The position numbers were made by a program, and so were the translations under genes. A stretch of DNA of 64,000 nucleotides, taken from contig CAXCCF010000005.1 of NCBI GenBank assembly GCA_963981035.1, positions 2,056-66,055 of the forward strand, read 5' to 3'. The DNA is from an uncultured euryarchaeote (GTDB lineage Archaea > Thermoplasmatota > Poseidoniia > Poseidoniales > Poseidoniaceae). Of this stretch, positions 35,937-45,889 are shown one piece after another. The notes under the pieces are model-generated. The model was given only the letters and a program-made list of their open reading frames with translations. It was not told where the DNA came from and searched no databases. Position 1 is the stretch's first letter. Every line of letters begins with the position of its first letter.

Positions 35937-38900
35937 ATGGTGGATATGGGAGCAGAGACTAGTTGTAGGGCTGCGGCGATAACCCTGGTATTCATTTTCT
36001 TAGTATCCACATTTTCTGGCCTTATTTCTAATCAAGAAAATGAAACTTTACAACACCAATCCGTTAATTCCGCATCAACTCCTATTGGCCAAAGTAGTTT
36101 GCTAACGATTGGTTCGTTCCCAGATGGTTCTAATCAAAAAGTCAGTATTTCAGTTCCTGATGGTGAGGCAATACAATCTCTTGATTTGAATATTGAAGCT
36201 GCAACATTGACTACATCTACTGCTTTTTCATGGGATGATACGGCAGATTATGCAACTGGGACTGTTTATGATGGAATGGATGTCAATGGTTCTTCGTTGA
36301 GTATATTACCACAGGGTATGGAATGGGATTTTGAAGGAAGCCAACAAGGCTGGACCTTTGGACCAGGTTGGTTGCATGGAAGTGACACAACCCCCGGGTC
36401 TCATGGCCTAAGCGGTGGAGTACATGGTGGCGTCAGTGGGATCTATACCTACAATGGGGATTATCCAAACAATATAGGAACCACCTATTGGGCAACTTCT
36501 CCGACATTTGATTGTTCAGGATGTAGCGGCTCTTGGCAGTTGAAGTATTGGAAGCGTTTAGGAGTTGAATCATCATCTTGGGATCATGCATATGTTTCGG
36601 TATCAAAACCAAATGGCGGATGGCAAACAATTTATTCAAGCTCATACGTATACGATAATGCATTTTATCAAGTGACAAATGATATTTCGAATTACATTGC
36701 TGGTAACTCAGATTTCAAAGTCAGATTTGGAATTGGAACAACGGATTCCAGTGTCACATATACGGGATGGAATGTTGACGATGTTGTTATTGAACCGCTC
36801 GGTGGAGTCTCGGCTGGTGAAGGCAATTGGACATCTCAGCCATTTAGTCCTCTTTCATTAGGAATGGGCGAAGACAGGGCGTTTGGAATGTTGTACATGG
36901 ACGCAGTTATTCCAGCAGGTTCATTGTTTGATTGGAGTCTAATGGATGCCTCCACAGGTCAACTAATACCTCAATATTCTCACTTTGAAACAACAAGTAT
37001 GGATTTGGGAATGGTAGACTGGCAAAAGTATCCATCTGTAAGAATGAAAATTCATATGGGGACAGGTCAAGGAAATAGTGCGCCAATTATTCATGGATTT
37101 TATTTCGATGGAGCCATCTATGAAGATTTTAACGATGACCCATATAGAATGGGTTGGCAACTACAAGGTTCTACTTGGGCAACAGGCACTATTAGTGGAA
37201 CGTCGGATGTATTATCTCCAATCTATAGAATGAGGTCTGGCTTTGGTGCCATGGTTAGCCATTCGGTATTCAACTCAGGTTGTGAATTGCAATATTCACT
37301 GGATAGTGGTCAGACATGGGATACGCTAGTAAATGATGCAATGGAATCGTTAAGTACACCAAAATTCATGGTTCAATTCAAATTTACTTCAAGCAATACC
37401 TGTAATATTGATTTATTTGATGTTGAATTAATTCATACATCTGTTGCTGATGGTCTAAGAATAGATGTGGGATTAGATGGAATTGCAGATTGGTCTTTGA
37501 ATAATCCAGGTGATGGACGTTTTGGAATACAGGACGAGCATAGATTTGGTTCCTCTTGGAAGAGTTCAAATTCAATACCAACCGCACCATCATTCTTTGA
37601 GATATTGCTTCCGTCAAAAGGTGTATCTGATTTTTCATTCGCTCTTGCAAGTGATGTTGAGATGAAAAATCCATATGCAACAATTTCAGTAGATGGTACA
37701 TCGATCATTAACAAACCATTGTCCGACTTATTGACCTGTCAAGAAATCAGTCTGTCGGCGAGTGAATTAACATCATTAAACAATGCTCTCACTACAAATG
37801 GCGACTTTTCATTAGAAGTGATAACCATTAGAGTTGGTTCATCTGAGACTCCCGCAGAAGTGATGATGGGAGGTATATTTGCTCCATGGGATACAAATCT
37901 TGACCTGTCATTTTCTGCAACAGACGCCATAGTATTGGCACTAAATAATCAATTGACGACAATCGTTCCAATCGCTGGAGTTAAAGAAATAAAATTGCCA
38001 GTGAGAATGAGTAGTACTGGGGCGGTTAGATTAACCGTTGATGGAATCACTTCGCAATCATCCGTTACACCTGTTTCACTTACTGTTAGCAATGTAGAGG
38101 ATACATTTACTCCTAGTGTCGAATGGTATGAAGTTGAAAGTGTATTTGATTTCTCTAATTTAGGAGTTACTAATGCACTATCACATTCTAGGTCAAATAG
38201 TTGGTCGGTAGAGATGAAATTAATAGGTCAAAATCAATACTCTTCAATTAGATGTCCACTAACGTCACTCAACATGTCCGGGTCTAGCATATCAGGATGC
38301 ACAATTTCTGGAGTTAATTTGTTATGGACAAATGCCGGTGCTGATGGTAGAATCTCAGTTGTTGATGCAGGACAGTATATCCAAATAGAGCATAAATTCA
38401 AATTCCCCGAATCATGGGATGACGAATCATCATTATCGGCGACAGTATTCTTGATAGCACCAACAGGGCCGATGATTCCAGCGAGTAAGGATTTTGGACT
38501 TGGCAATTCGGCAGGAGTAGAAAATGACGTCACCCTAAAATCATGGTCTGTGGTTACTTCAACAGGAGTACATTCAGTTGAAACTGCCCCATACCTCAAT
38601 CCAGGTCAGCAGGTTGATATTGAAGCTGTAATCGGATTTGAAGACGTATACCAAAGCCCTTCACCTCGTTCAGGACAAACCATGGTCAAATTGTTTGAAG
38701 ATGGTGTGGAAATGACCACTTCTTCTATGGTTACAAATGGAATCGTATCATTACCCTATTCAATCCCAACGGGAAAAGATAAAGTGGATTTAGAAATTAT
38801 TCTTGAACCTCTAAAAGGACAGGATGTCGGATATGAAACAACCAATAATTTGACTTTTGAGTTTGATACAATCGCACCACTGATGCTGTCAAAAGATGTG

Positions 38901-41012
38901 GAGCAATTCGACCATCGTGATGTATCGCCACGCACTGAATTCACTTTCCAAATCGCAGATAGACCAGTACTGCCAAGTCATGCTAAAGCGCACTTATGGA
39001 GGTCTTGGGCAGACGACCTCAATATGGATGGAGCGATGAATGAAAATGAGGTCATTGTAAAGGATTTAATCTTACCAGATGATTTAACCCATCTGCAGGC
39101 AGATTATACATTGGACATGGATACTTCACTTGCTCCAGATGGTTCATTTTTCTCAGGATGGCTTGAAATTGCAGACCCTGCTGGAAATAGTCTCGAAAAT
39201 CCGGGTTCATACCTTGAACCTCTATTTCATGTGCAATTACGAAGTGATGGCGCACCTAGTTTGGGTTCAATTTCTAATGACTGGGGATTAGGAGAAAATG
39301 TTTGGATTCATCCAGGGGAATCTTATGTCGTTGAAGTCTCAATTTGGGATAATAATGGAATCAGTGACATTTCAAACATTAATTTGGCGCTATCTGGAAA
39401 CACCTTTGATAGTGTTGAAATCATTTGGTCTGGTGAAAGCCAGACCTGCTATTCATCGGAAATATTCCTTGATATTGAATCGTGTGAACTAATTCCTCTT
39501 GAAACGTCAGAAGTGTTTTCGTTAGAAGGATTATTTACCGTTAATTTCTCTTTAGAATGGGGATTTAATCCTGATGTGAGTTTATTGAGAAGACCGCATT
39601 TAACGCTTAATGATTATCAGGGGCAGTCAAATAATTTTGATCTATCCAGTTTAGATTGGAAATTTTCAGGAGAATTGCAAATTGATAGAGATGAACTTTC
39701 AATCTCAACAGGTGGTGAAGAGATTGATGGATTAGCAGAATGGATAACACCGAGAACGGATATTGAGATATCTGGTGGAATTGAATGGTACCGAAGTGGT
39801 AGAGATGTGATTCAACCGCTTGAATTATTGTTTTCAATATCCGACACTGATGTTGAACTTGATTACACAAATGGACACTTTTCAGGGAATATATTATCGC
39901 CCTTAGAAGTTGGAACTTTTACCTTGACTGGTGAGTTATTCGACCCACCTAATGGTGCGATTGACAAGGGCCCGAAGACTCCTTTTGCTTGGTTCATTGT
40001 TGACGAAGTCTCTCCGAAGATAGTTAGCGTTAACAATCCAGTTTATGATTCAGTTATCGATGAAAAGGATTGGAATGAACTTTCGATAGAACTGACAATT
40101 TCAGAAGATGAACAATTGGATGCAGACACGCTCAAATTAAACTGGGCAGTACATCCTGCTGGCCTTGGATTAAACATTGAGTCTGTTGTTAATGGGACGC
40201 TCCCTCTTACGGTTCTTGGTGGAAAATTAAGCGGTGATTCAATACCTTGTAAAGCTCAACTTAATTTGGCCGCAGAATTAAGTCAAGAATTACGTTCACA
40301 GAATTTGGAATTGCGCATATGGATTACTGGAATGGATAAAGCGGGCCATGAAATCTCAAAGACATTCAATGACATAGACGCTCCTCAATCCGTCTGGCTA
40401 ATCGAACAAAGAATTGCACAATTTAATTTTGCAACACCACAAATGGAACCGAGCAAGGGACTACATGCAAATGACCCAGTAGATTTAGCAGTATTAATCA
40501 GCAATGACGGAAGAGCATCAGGTAGCGCCCAATTAGTGTTAGAATTGGTTGAGAGCAATGGGGCAAGGACACGACTAGATGCTAGAGGGATTAATCTCGA
40601 AGCAGGAGAAAATATGGTGTACTCTCATCAATGGACCCCTGACCGTATGGGTACTGTGTGGGTTGAATTCCACATAATAAATGGCCCTAGTACTCAAACC
40701 GCAACCGTTCATATTGACGCGGCTGAGACCGAAGGTATTGTGGCTAGTTTTGGTGAAATCAATCCTTTGTTACTGGTAATAATCGTGCTGCTTTCAATAT
40801 CATTGATAGGTTTGATCACTTATGGATTGAAAGATGGAAATAACGCTAATCGTAAATTTAATCCAGCGAAACAAAAGAAGGCATCAAAATCATTACCGAG
40901 CATGGAGGAAATCGCCAATGCTCAGAAGGGTAATGAAACGGAAGTGTTGTCTGAAGGTAACTATTCTGGTGTCCACAGTAGCAGTTCACCCGGCGAGAAC
41001 CCGTATCAATGA
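35937..41012 (+). CDS. Giant (1691 aa) surface protein, C-terminally membrane anchored
   Basis: The N-terminal signal-anchor is AAAITLVFIFLVSTFSGLI. A MAM/choice-of-anchor-like beta-sandwich is suggested by WDFEGSQQGWTFG...YTGWNVDDVVIEP. Long Ig-like repeats follow. A CARDB-like module (NDPVDLAVLISNDGRASGSA) precedes the TM helix LLLVIIVLLSISLIGLITYGL and a 57-aa tail. Confidence 0.85.
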   Translation: MVDMGAETSCRAAAITLVFIFLVSTFSGLISNQENETLQHQSVNSASTPIGQSSLLTIGSFPDGSNQKVSISVPDGEAIQSLDLNIEAATLTTSTAFSWDDTADYATGTVYDGMDVNGSSLSILPQGMEWDFEGSQQGWTFGPGWLHGSDTTPGSHGLSGGVHGGVSGIYTYNGDYPNNIGTTYWATSPTFDCSGCSGSWQLKYWKRLGVESSSWDHAYVSVSKPNGGWQTIYSSSYVYDNAFYQVTNDISNYIAGNSDFKVRFGIGTTDSSVTYTGWNVDDVVIEPLGGVSAGEGNWTSQPFSPLSLGMGEDRAFGMLYMDAVIPAGSLFDWSLMDASTGQLIPQYSHFETTSMDLGMVDWQKYPSVRMKIHMGTGQGNSAPIIHGFYFDGAIYEDFNDDPYRMGWQLQGSTWATGTISGTSDVLSPIYRMRSGFGAMVSHSVFNSGCELQYSLDSGQTWDTLVNDAMESLSTPKFMVQFKFTSSNTCNIDLFDVELIHTSVADGLRIDVGLDGIADWSLNNPGDGRFGIQDEHRFGSSWKSSNSIPTAPSFFEILLPSKGVSDFSFALASDVEMKNPYATISVDGTSIINKPLSDLLTCQEISLSASELTSLNNALTTNGDFSLEVITIRVGSSETPAEVMMGGIFAPWDTNLDLSFSATDAIVLALNNQLTTIVPIAGVKEIKLPVRMSSTGAVRLTVDGITSQSSVTPVSLTVSNVEDTFTPSVEWYEVESVFDFSNLGVTNALSHSRSNSWSVEMKLIGQNQYSSIRCPLTSLNMSGSSISGCTISGVNLLWTNAGADGRISVVDAGQYIQIEHKFKFPESWDDESSLSATVFLIAPTGPMIPASKDFGLGNSAGVENDVTLKSWSVVTSTGVHSVETAPYLNPGQQVDIEAVIGFEDVYQSPSPRSGQTMVKLFEDGVEMTTSSMVTNGIVSLPYSIPTGKDKVDLEIILEPLKGQDVGYETTNNLTFEFDTIAPLMLSKDVEQFDHRDVSPRTEFTFQIADRPVLPSHAKAHLWRSWADDLNMDGAMNENEVIVKDLILPDDLTHLQADYTLDMDTSLAPDGSFFSGWLEIADPAGNSLENPGSYLEPLFHVQLRSDGAPSLGSISNDWGLGENVWIHPGESYVVEVSIWDNNGISDISNINLALSGNTFDSVEIIWSGESQTCYSSEIFLDIESCELIPLETSEVFSLEGLFTVNFSLEWGFNPDVSLLRRPHLTLNDYQGQSNNFDLSSLDWKFSGELQIDRDELSISTGGEEIDGLAEWITPRTDIEISGGIEWYRSGRDVIQPLELLFSISDTDVELDYTNGHFSGNILSPLEVGTFTLTGELFDPPNGAIDKGPKTPFAWFIVDEVSPKIVSVNNPVYDSVIDEKDWNELSIELTISEDEQLDADTLKLNWAVHPAGLGLNIESVVNGTLPLTVLGGKLSGDSIPCKAQLNLAAELSQELRSQNLELRIWITGMDKAGHEISKTFNDIDAPQSVWLIEQRIAQFNFATPQMEPSKGLHANDPVDLAVLISNDGRASGSAQLVLELVESNGARTRLDARGINLEAGENMVYSHQWTPDRMGTVWVEFHIINGPSTQTATVHIDAAETEGIVASFGEINPLLLVIIVLLSISLIGLITYGLKDGNNANRKFNPAKQKKASKSLPSMEEIANAQKGNETEVLSEGNYSGVHSSSSPGENPYQ

Positions 41013-41084
41013 GCAAATTTTGACAACTGCGGTGGACTTTGCTATTTGCGTGAAGTTGAAATGAGTGATGTTAAACCCTTGTTT

Positions 41085-41389
41085 GGAGGGAGAAGGAGGA
41101 CCGCTGACAGAGTTCGACTCTGAGGAAAGTCCCCTCTCCATAGTGCAAGTGGTTCGCAGAAGTGAAAAAACAGAGATGTTTAGGTTAATGCTGCAGAAAC
41201 GATACGATACAGGGTGTGTACAATGATGTTGGAAGACAGAGATTGCCTTGATGTCGGTGAGACGAGCAACCCCACTGGAGCAAGTCCAAACAGTTACGAT
41301 AGAGCTGCACGCTCTGTAACAGGTAGGACGCTTAGTTGAATGTGGTCGCCGAAAGGTAACAGAAAGGGGCTTACTCCCTTCTCCCTCCC
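41085..41389 (+). ncRNA. rnpB: RNase P RNA, archaeal type A
   Basis: The P1 helix is GGAGGGAGAAGGAG...CTCCCTTCTCCCTCC. CR-I is GAGGAAAGTCC, CR-V is ACAGAAAGGGGCTTAC, and there are internal GCAGAAAC and GGTAGGACGCTTAG-type segments. The GC-rich ~305-nt island contains no ORF. Confidence 0.85.
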
Positions 41390-41390
41390 C

Positions 41391-44279
41391 TTAATCTTCT
41401 AGAACTGCATCTAGAGGGTTCATCGATATTTCACTCGCAAGCGATATTCCTTCTCCAAAATCTATCCAACTTTCGTCGCCACGAATTTTGGCTCTAATCG
41501 TATGCTCTAGTGTGAATATTGAAGGTAGTAAGAATGCACTTGTTAGGAAAGCGAAGAAGATCAGCATACACATTATCATGAAGAAGTTTTCAAGTCCAGG
41601 GAATGCTGCTAAGAAACCAGCAGAAATACCTGCAATAGTTGTAAATGTAGTCTCGAAAATAGTTTGACCGGTTTCTTCGATTGAAGTTGCGATTCCATTA
41701 GGAGTCTCACCCTCCTCTTGTATTCTATGCATAACGTGAATGGAATCATCAACCCCGATTCCAAATACAATTGTGCCAATCATCACTGTGAAAATATTGA
41801 TGCTAACATCTGGATTTTGCATTAATAGCGGTTGCCATAATATTACTACCGCAACAGGAATCATGGAATATAGACCCAGTCTTATTGATTTGAAAACAAT
41901 ACACAATACAATTGTGAGTATGAGTAATGTAATCACAGTTGTTTGATTTTGAGTGTCGTGGATACCTTTGTTGATATCTAAGGAAACAGGAAGTCCACCT
42001 GTTAACAATGATGTTCTCGTACCATCCAAGGCTTGTTCCTCAGATAGCATGTCATCGATTTCATCTCTTAGTTCACCAGCAACATTTAGATTCATGTAAG
42101 GTTGTGTGACATAGACGATGGCTTTTGTTCCAGCCTCATTTAGTAGCATTGATTTAACCTCATCCGATAATGTGTCAAAAACAACGTTTACCATGTCCTT
42201 TCTCAATCCTTTACGGCCTTCGGGACCAGTTAATTCCAATCCTAGCCAGACATTACATTCTATGGGGTCATTACTTTCCCAACAAGGTTCGTGCAGTAGA
42301 TCCCATAAACTTCCCTCATACAATGTAACTCCATCAGTTAGAGTTATTGTTGCAGGTATTGTTCTAAGGAACGTGATAATGCTCGTAGTATTGGTTGAAT
42401 CAATATCATCAATACGATTTTCAAGTAAATCAATAGAGTCTAAAACTGGTAAATCTCTAATCTGGTCCGTGTTATTGTCATTCGGTCTATCCTCTGCATG
42501 GTAGATAAAAAGTGATGTTTGACCACTACCGAATTGTCGAGAATATTCAGATAATGCATTCAATGATTCAATACCATCGGGTGCTTCGGATGAACCGGTG
42601 ATTGGTTCATTCATTTCATCCAATGAAAGCAATCCTAGAGTAGTAACTCCGCCTGCTAGCAAGATAATTATCAAAAATCCCTTTATCGGTATTCTACTAA
42701 TACCGCCCCACACTTGAGGATTAGTCCGTTTGTTAAATTTGGTCAGCCACGACAATGTTGGTACCAATATTATTGAGAATATTAATGTCGAAACAATTCC
42801 AATGACCAAAGTTAGGCCAACAGAACGAATAGGAGTTATTGGAACTATTGAAGGAGCTATCAATACTGAGAAACCGATAATTGTAGTCATTGCAGAGAGA
42901 AATACAGCTACACCAGTTGAAGAGGCCATTTCCAAAATACATTCTTTGTAAAATGAAGGGTCCCAAATATCTGGAACTTCTTCTGGAGCCTTTCCTTGAC
43001 GTCTTCTTCGTTCATTTTCGTCATTACAAGTATCAACTTTCTTACGCCGCACTTCCTCTATTCGATTTACCATATGCAGCGCGTAATCAACACCCAAACC
43101 AATCAAAATCGGGAAAGTTGCAACAATCATTGGTGTGAGATGAACATCCATTATTACCGAAATTCCAAATGTCACAGCAAGAGCCATCACAATTGGAGTT
43201 CCAGTGATTACAATTACTTTCCAAGAACGATGCATCGCTGTAATGAAAAATATTGTGAAGAATACCGACCATGGTAAAATCATCAATAGGTCTTCGTAAA
43301 TGGCATCAGAAATATCTTGAACAACTTTTGTCAATCCGGTAACGGTCATTTCTGTGTTAGACATTTCGCTTGGTCTTGCATCAATTACTTTTTGGAAATG
43401 CGCATGTAATTCATCAAAATTTTGGTATTCATCAGTAATTTCAGGAGTGGAATGCATACCGATGACAATGGCCGCAGTATCCCATATTCCATCACCATCT
43501 TGGTCGTTGGTATAATTGCCATCACCATCTGAATCAACAGTTGGATCCATATCGTTCGTATCCTTGAATAAAGCATCGAATCCTCCTTCCGATTCTTCAA
43601 TTATTTGGTCAATTCTTTGCTGGTCTGGTATTGCATATTCTCCACCACCCGGGAGATTACAATCAATTTGAATCGGGATTCTAGTATTTATTCCATGTGT
43701 GCACATTGAATTGTTGAATCGGCCATCTGCTGAATTAATTTCTTTGATTACTTGAGCCGGTGAAATAATCCACAACACTCCATCATTTTCACCATGATCA
43801 TTTTTGTCATAATCAATTCCTCTGCCAGTGGAATCGCCACCTAAATTGTGGTCATCACCTTCGACCCAACTAATTTCACGAAGGTATTCTTCTGAAGTAA
43901 TATTGACCGTATTTCTCGTATCAAATGCATTTTCAGTTTGAACATAAATTATCGCAATATCGGTAGACCATTCCTTTTCAACTTCCAATAACAGTTCAGT
44001 GGAAGGTGCTCCTTCTGGCAAAAAGATTTCAACATCATCGTCAATTTGGTCTTGAAAAGATAATCCCTGTTGGGTGAAAAATGCAGTTATTATCAGCAAT
44101 AATATCAGTACGGTCATCGGGCTTGCAAGAACGGTTGAATACATATTATCAAGCCGACGCAATGTGCCATTAGCAAGTGCTGTGTGAGCCCGTTCAAACG
44201 GAGATAATTCGAGGGCATCATCTCCTCGGTCATCATCAGTTGAGGTGCCCATAGATAATGCGAGGCGTAAACCGCTCAT
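41391..44279 (-). CDS. RND-superfamily exporter (MMPL/COG1033-like, 12-TM with two large periplasmic-type loops)
   Basis: There are two transporter halves, each with the signature GLGVDYALHMVNRIEE or GIGVDDSIHVMHRIQEE. Hydrophobic blocks are extensive. The product is 962 aa. Confidence 0.85.
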   Translation of the reverse strand: MSGLRLALSMGTSTDDDRGDDALELSPFERAHTALANGTLRRLDNMYSTVLASPMTVLILLLIITAFFTQQGLSFQDQIDDDVEIFLPEGAPSTELLLEVEKEWSTDIAIIYVQTENAFDTRNTVNITSEEYLREISWVEGDDHNLGGDSTGRGIDYDKNDHGENDGVLWIISPAQVIKEINSADGRFNNSMCTHGINTRIPIQIDCNLPGGGEYAIPDQQRIDQIIEESEGGFDALFKDTNDMDPTVDSDGDGNYTNDQDGDGIWDTAAIVIGMHSTPEITDEYQNFDELHAHFQKVIDARPSEMSNTEMTVTGLTKVVQDISDAIYEDLLMILPWSVFFTIFFITAMHRSWKVIVITGTPIVMALAVTFGISVIMDVHLTPMIVATFPILIGLGVDYALHMVNRIEEVRRKKVDTCNDENERRRRQGKAPEEVPDIWDPSFYKECILEMASSTGVAVFLSAMTTIIGFSVLIAPSIVPITPIRSVGLTLVIGIVSTLIFSIILVPTLSWLTKFNKRTNPQVWGGISRIPIKGFLIIILLAGGVTTLGLLSLDEMNEPITGSSEAPDGIESLNALSEYSRQFGSGQTSLFIYHAEDRPNDNNTDQIRDLPVLDSIDLLENRIDDIDSTNTTSIITFLRTIPATITLTDGVTLYEGSLWDLLHEPCWESNDPIECNVWLGLELTGPEGRKGLRKDMVNVVFDTLSDEVKSMLLNEAGTKAIVYVTQPYMNLNVAGELRDEIDDMLSEEQALDGTRTSLLTGGLPVSLDINKGIHDTQNQTTVITLLILTIVLCIVFKSIRLGLYSMIPVAVVILWQPLLMQNPDVSINIFTVMIGTIVFGIGVDDSIHVMHRIQEEGETPNGIATSIEETGQTIFETTFTTIAGISAGFLAAFPGLENFFMIMCMLIFFAFLTSAFLLPSIFTLEHTIRAKIRGDESWIDFGEGISLASEISMNPLDAVLED

Positions 44280-44308
44280 GAACCATTCTCAAAAATAATG
44301 AGAAATAA

Positions 44309-45244
44309 TCAGTCTAATCCGAATTCACGGACAAGCAAGTGTCGCAAAAATCCACGTGCACTTTGCAATACAAGGCCAGTTGCCATTAGTGATAATCCCA
44401 ACACCCCTATCCAAATTGCGGAAAGCCCTGGGCCAATGATGCTATCGACTTGGGTAGAAACACCTTGTGCGGTATTTAGGCCCATTGCAGCACCTGTGGC
44501 AACTAATCCCATGCCTGGTATTCCAAGAACAAGGAGTGGTTTCTTTTGAGAAAGTGATAACATAGCCCAAGTAAGAACAGTGAAGCCATGAGATACCGCA
44601 GTGAAATTACTTCCTTTAGGGACATCGTATCTAATCACAGTTGGAACTTCTTTTATCACTAGTTTCTTATCATGAGCATCTTCAAGCATCTCAAGTGATA
44701 ATTCCATACCCTCGGAATCAAATCTCAATCTATCCAATGCATTTTTTGAGAATGCTCTAAACCCAGATTGGGTGTCTTTTATTCCCAAGTCGCTAGAGAG
44801 ATTAGAAGCAGCAGTAATCACCTTTATTCCCAATCTCCTATATGCGGGCATATCAGTGCCTCCACCACCGTCAATGAATCTTGAACCGATTGCAAAATCA
44901 GCTTCTTCATCGATGATTGGTTTCAACAACTTTGGAATATCAGATGTTTTATGTTGCCCATCAGAATCTAAAATGACAAGAGCATCAGCATTCATTGCCT
45001 TTGCTTTTTGGAAGAGACTTTGGAGTGCACCACCATATCCGCGATTTACTCTGTGTCGGTGGACAATTGCACCACATGTTTCAGCGATTTTCGCACTAGA
45101 ATCCGAAGACCCATCATCAATGCAAATTACGGCATCTACGTATCTTAGAGCCATTGTTACTACCGTCCCAATGGTCTCCTCTTCATTGTACACCGGCATG
45201 CCAGCAACGATGAATGGTTTTGTCTCTGCAGTAGCCGAGGACAT
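44309..45244 (-). CDS. Family 2 glycosyltransferase (Dpm1/dolichyl-phosphate glycosyltransferase-like) with C-terminal TM helices
   Basis: Motifs MPVYNEEETIG, ICIDDGSSDSS and ILDSDGQH are present, with a C-terminal hydrophobic pair. The start is taken at MSSATAE, whereas the track ORF extends to 45307. It lies 29 nt upstream of the RND gene on the same strand. Confidence 0.85.
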   Translation of the reverse strand: MSSATAETKPFIVAGMPVYNEEETIGTVVTMALRYVDAVICIDDGSSDSSAKIAETCGAIVHRHRVNRGYGGALQSLFQKAKAMNADALVILDSDGQHKTSDIPKLLKPIIDEEADFAIGSRFIDGGGGTDMPAYRRLGIKVITAASNLSSDLGIKDTQSGFRAFSKNALDRLRFDSEGMELSLEMLEDAHDKKLVIKEVPTVIRYDVPKGSNFTAVSHGFTVLTWAMLSLSQKKPLLVLGIPGMGLVATGAAMGLNTAQGVSTQVDSIIGPGLSAIWIGVLGLSLMATGLVLQSARGFLRHLLVREFGLD

Positions 45245-45377
45245 AGTATTCACTAATTCAACCTGAATTTCGCCCATATTTAGCACTATTTGAAAAAATA
45301 ATCTCAAATATCAGTTAATTAATGCTTCTCTATTGTTGTATTATTGTGTTATTTGTCAATAATAAATATTATTTTTT

Positions 45378-45446
45378 GGCCAATCACAATTCCTCAGAAA
45401 AGTGATTGGCGGAACCCTTACAGGTAAGTTTCAACGCATTGAAACT
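45378..45446 (-). terminator. Two perfect hairpins downstream of the 87-aa ORF (putative 3'-end structures)
   Basis: GCCAATCAC-N14-GTGATTGGC spans 45378-45409 and AGTTTCAA-CGCA-TTGAAACT spans 45427-45446. They lie 40-110 nt beyond the stop at 45486, in an otherwise extremely AT-rich spacer. Confidence 0.3.
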
Positions 45447-45485
45447 AATCTCGAAATAAATCATTGGATTATAAGAACCTTAAAT

Positions 45486-45749
45486 TTAGTCTTGGAATTG
45501 GGAAACAGTTGTTACAGCTCTTTCTCCACTCAATACTTTGTTTAGGGCATTCAAGGAAATGATCAGTGGCACATAGGCCTGGCCATCGCTTGTCACATAT
45601 GTAGAGCAATCAGCAAATGCACTAGTATTGATGCTCAATTTCAAAGCACCTCCAGCATTGCTACGCCTAACGTATCCAATCAATACACTGTTTCCAGTAT
45701 TTTCTTCGTTCTCAGTTTCAGTCTTCTTTGTTTCAGTTTTTTTTACCAT
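45486..45749 (-). CDS. Hypothetical small protein (K/E/T-rich N-terminus, beta-rich core)
   Basis: An 87-aa ORF, MVKKTETKKTETENEENTG...GYVRRSNAGGALKLSINTSAF...DGQAYVPLIISLNALNKVL. It is isolated between two long AT-rich spacers. No family recognised. Confidence 0.5.
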   Translation of the reverse strand: MVKKTETKKTETENEENTGNSVLIGYVRRSNAGGALKLSINTSAFADCSTYVTSDGQAYVPLIISLNALNKVLSGERAVTTVSQFQD

Positions 45750-45889
45750 GTTTTACACATCCTATGCACATTTCTGCTGCACAGTAATTTAACCGAATTA
45801 CCTCAATGCTCATAATTGTCACTCTTTTTGTCAATTAATACAGGACATCATTTGAAAACACTCATACATAGGAGGTGTGAGGAAGAACC

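Noticed and set aside
44772-45266. 164-aa plus-strand ORF
   Set aside because: It is antisense to the GT2 glycosyltransferase, which has DDGS and DSDGQH motifs.
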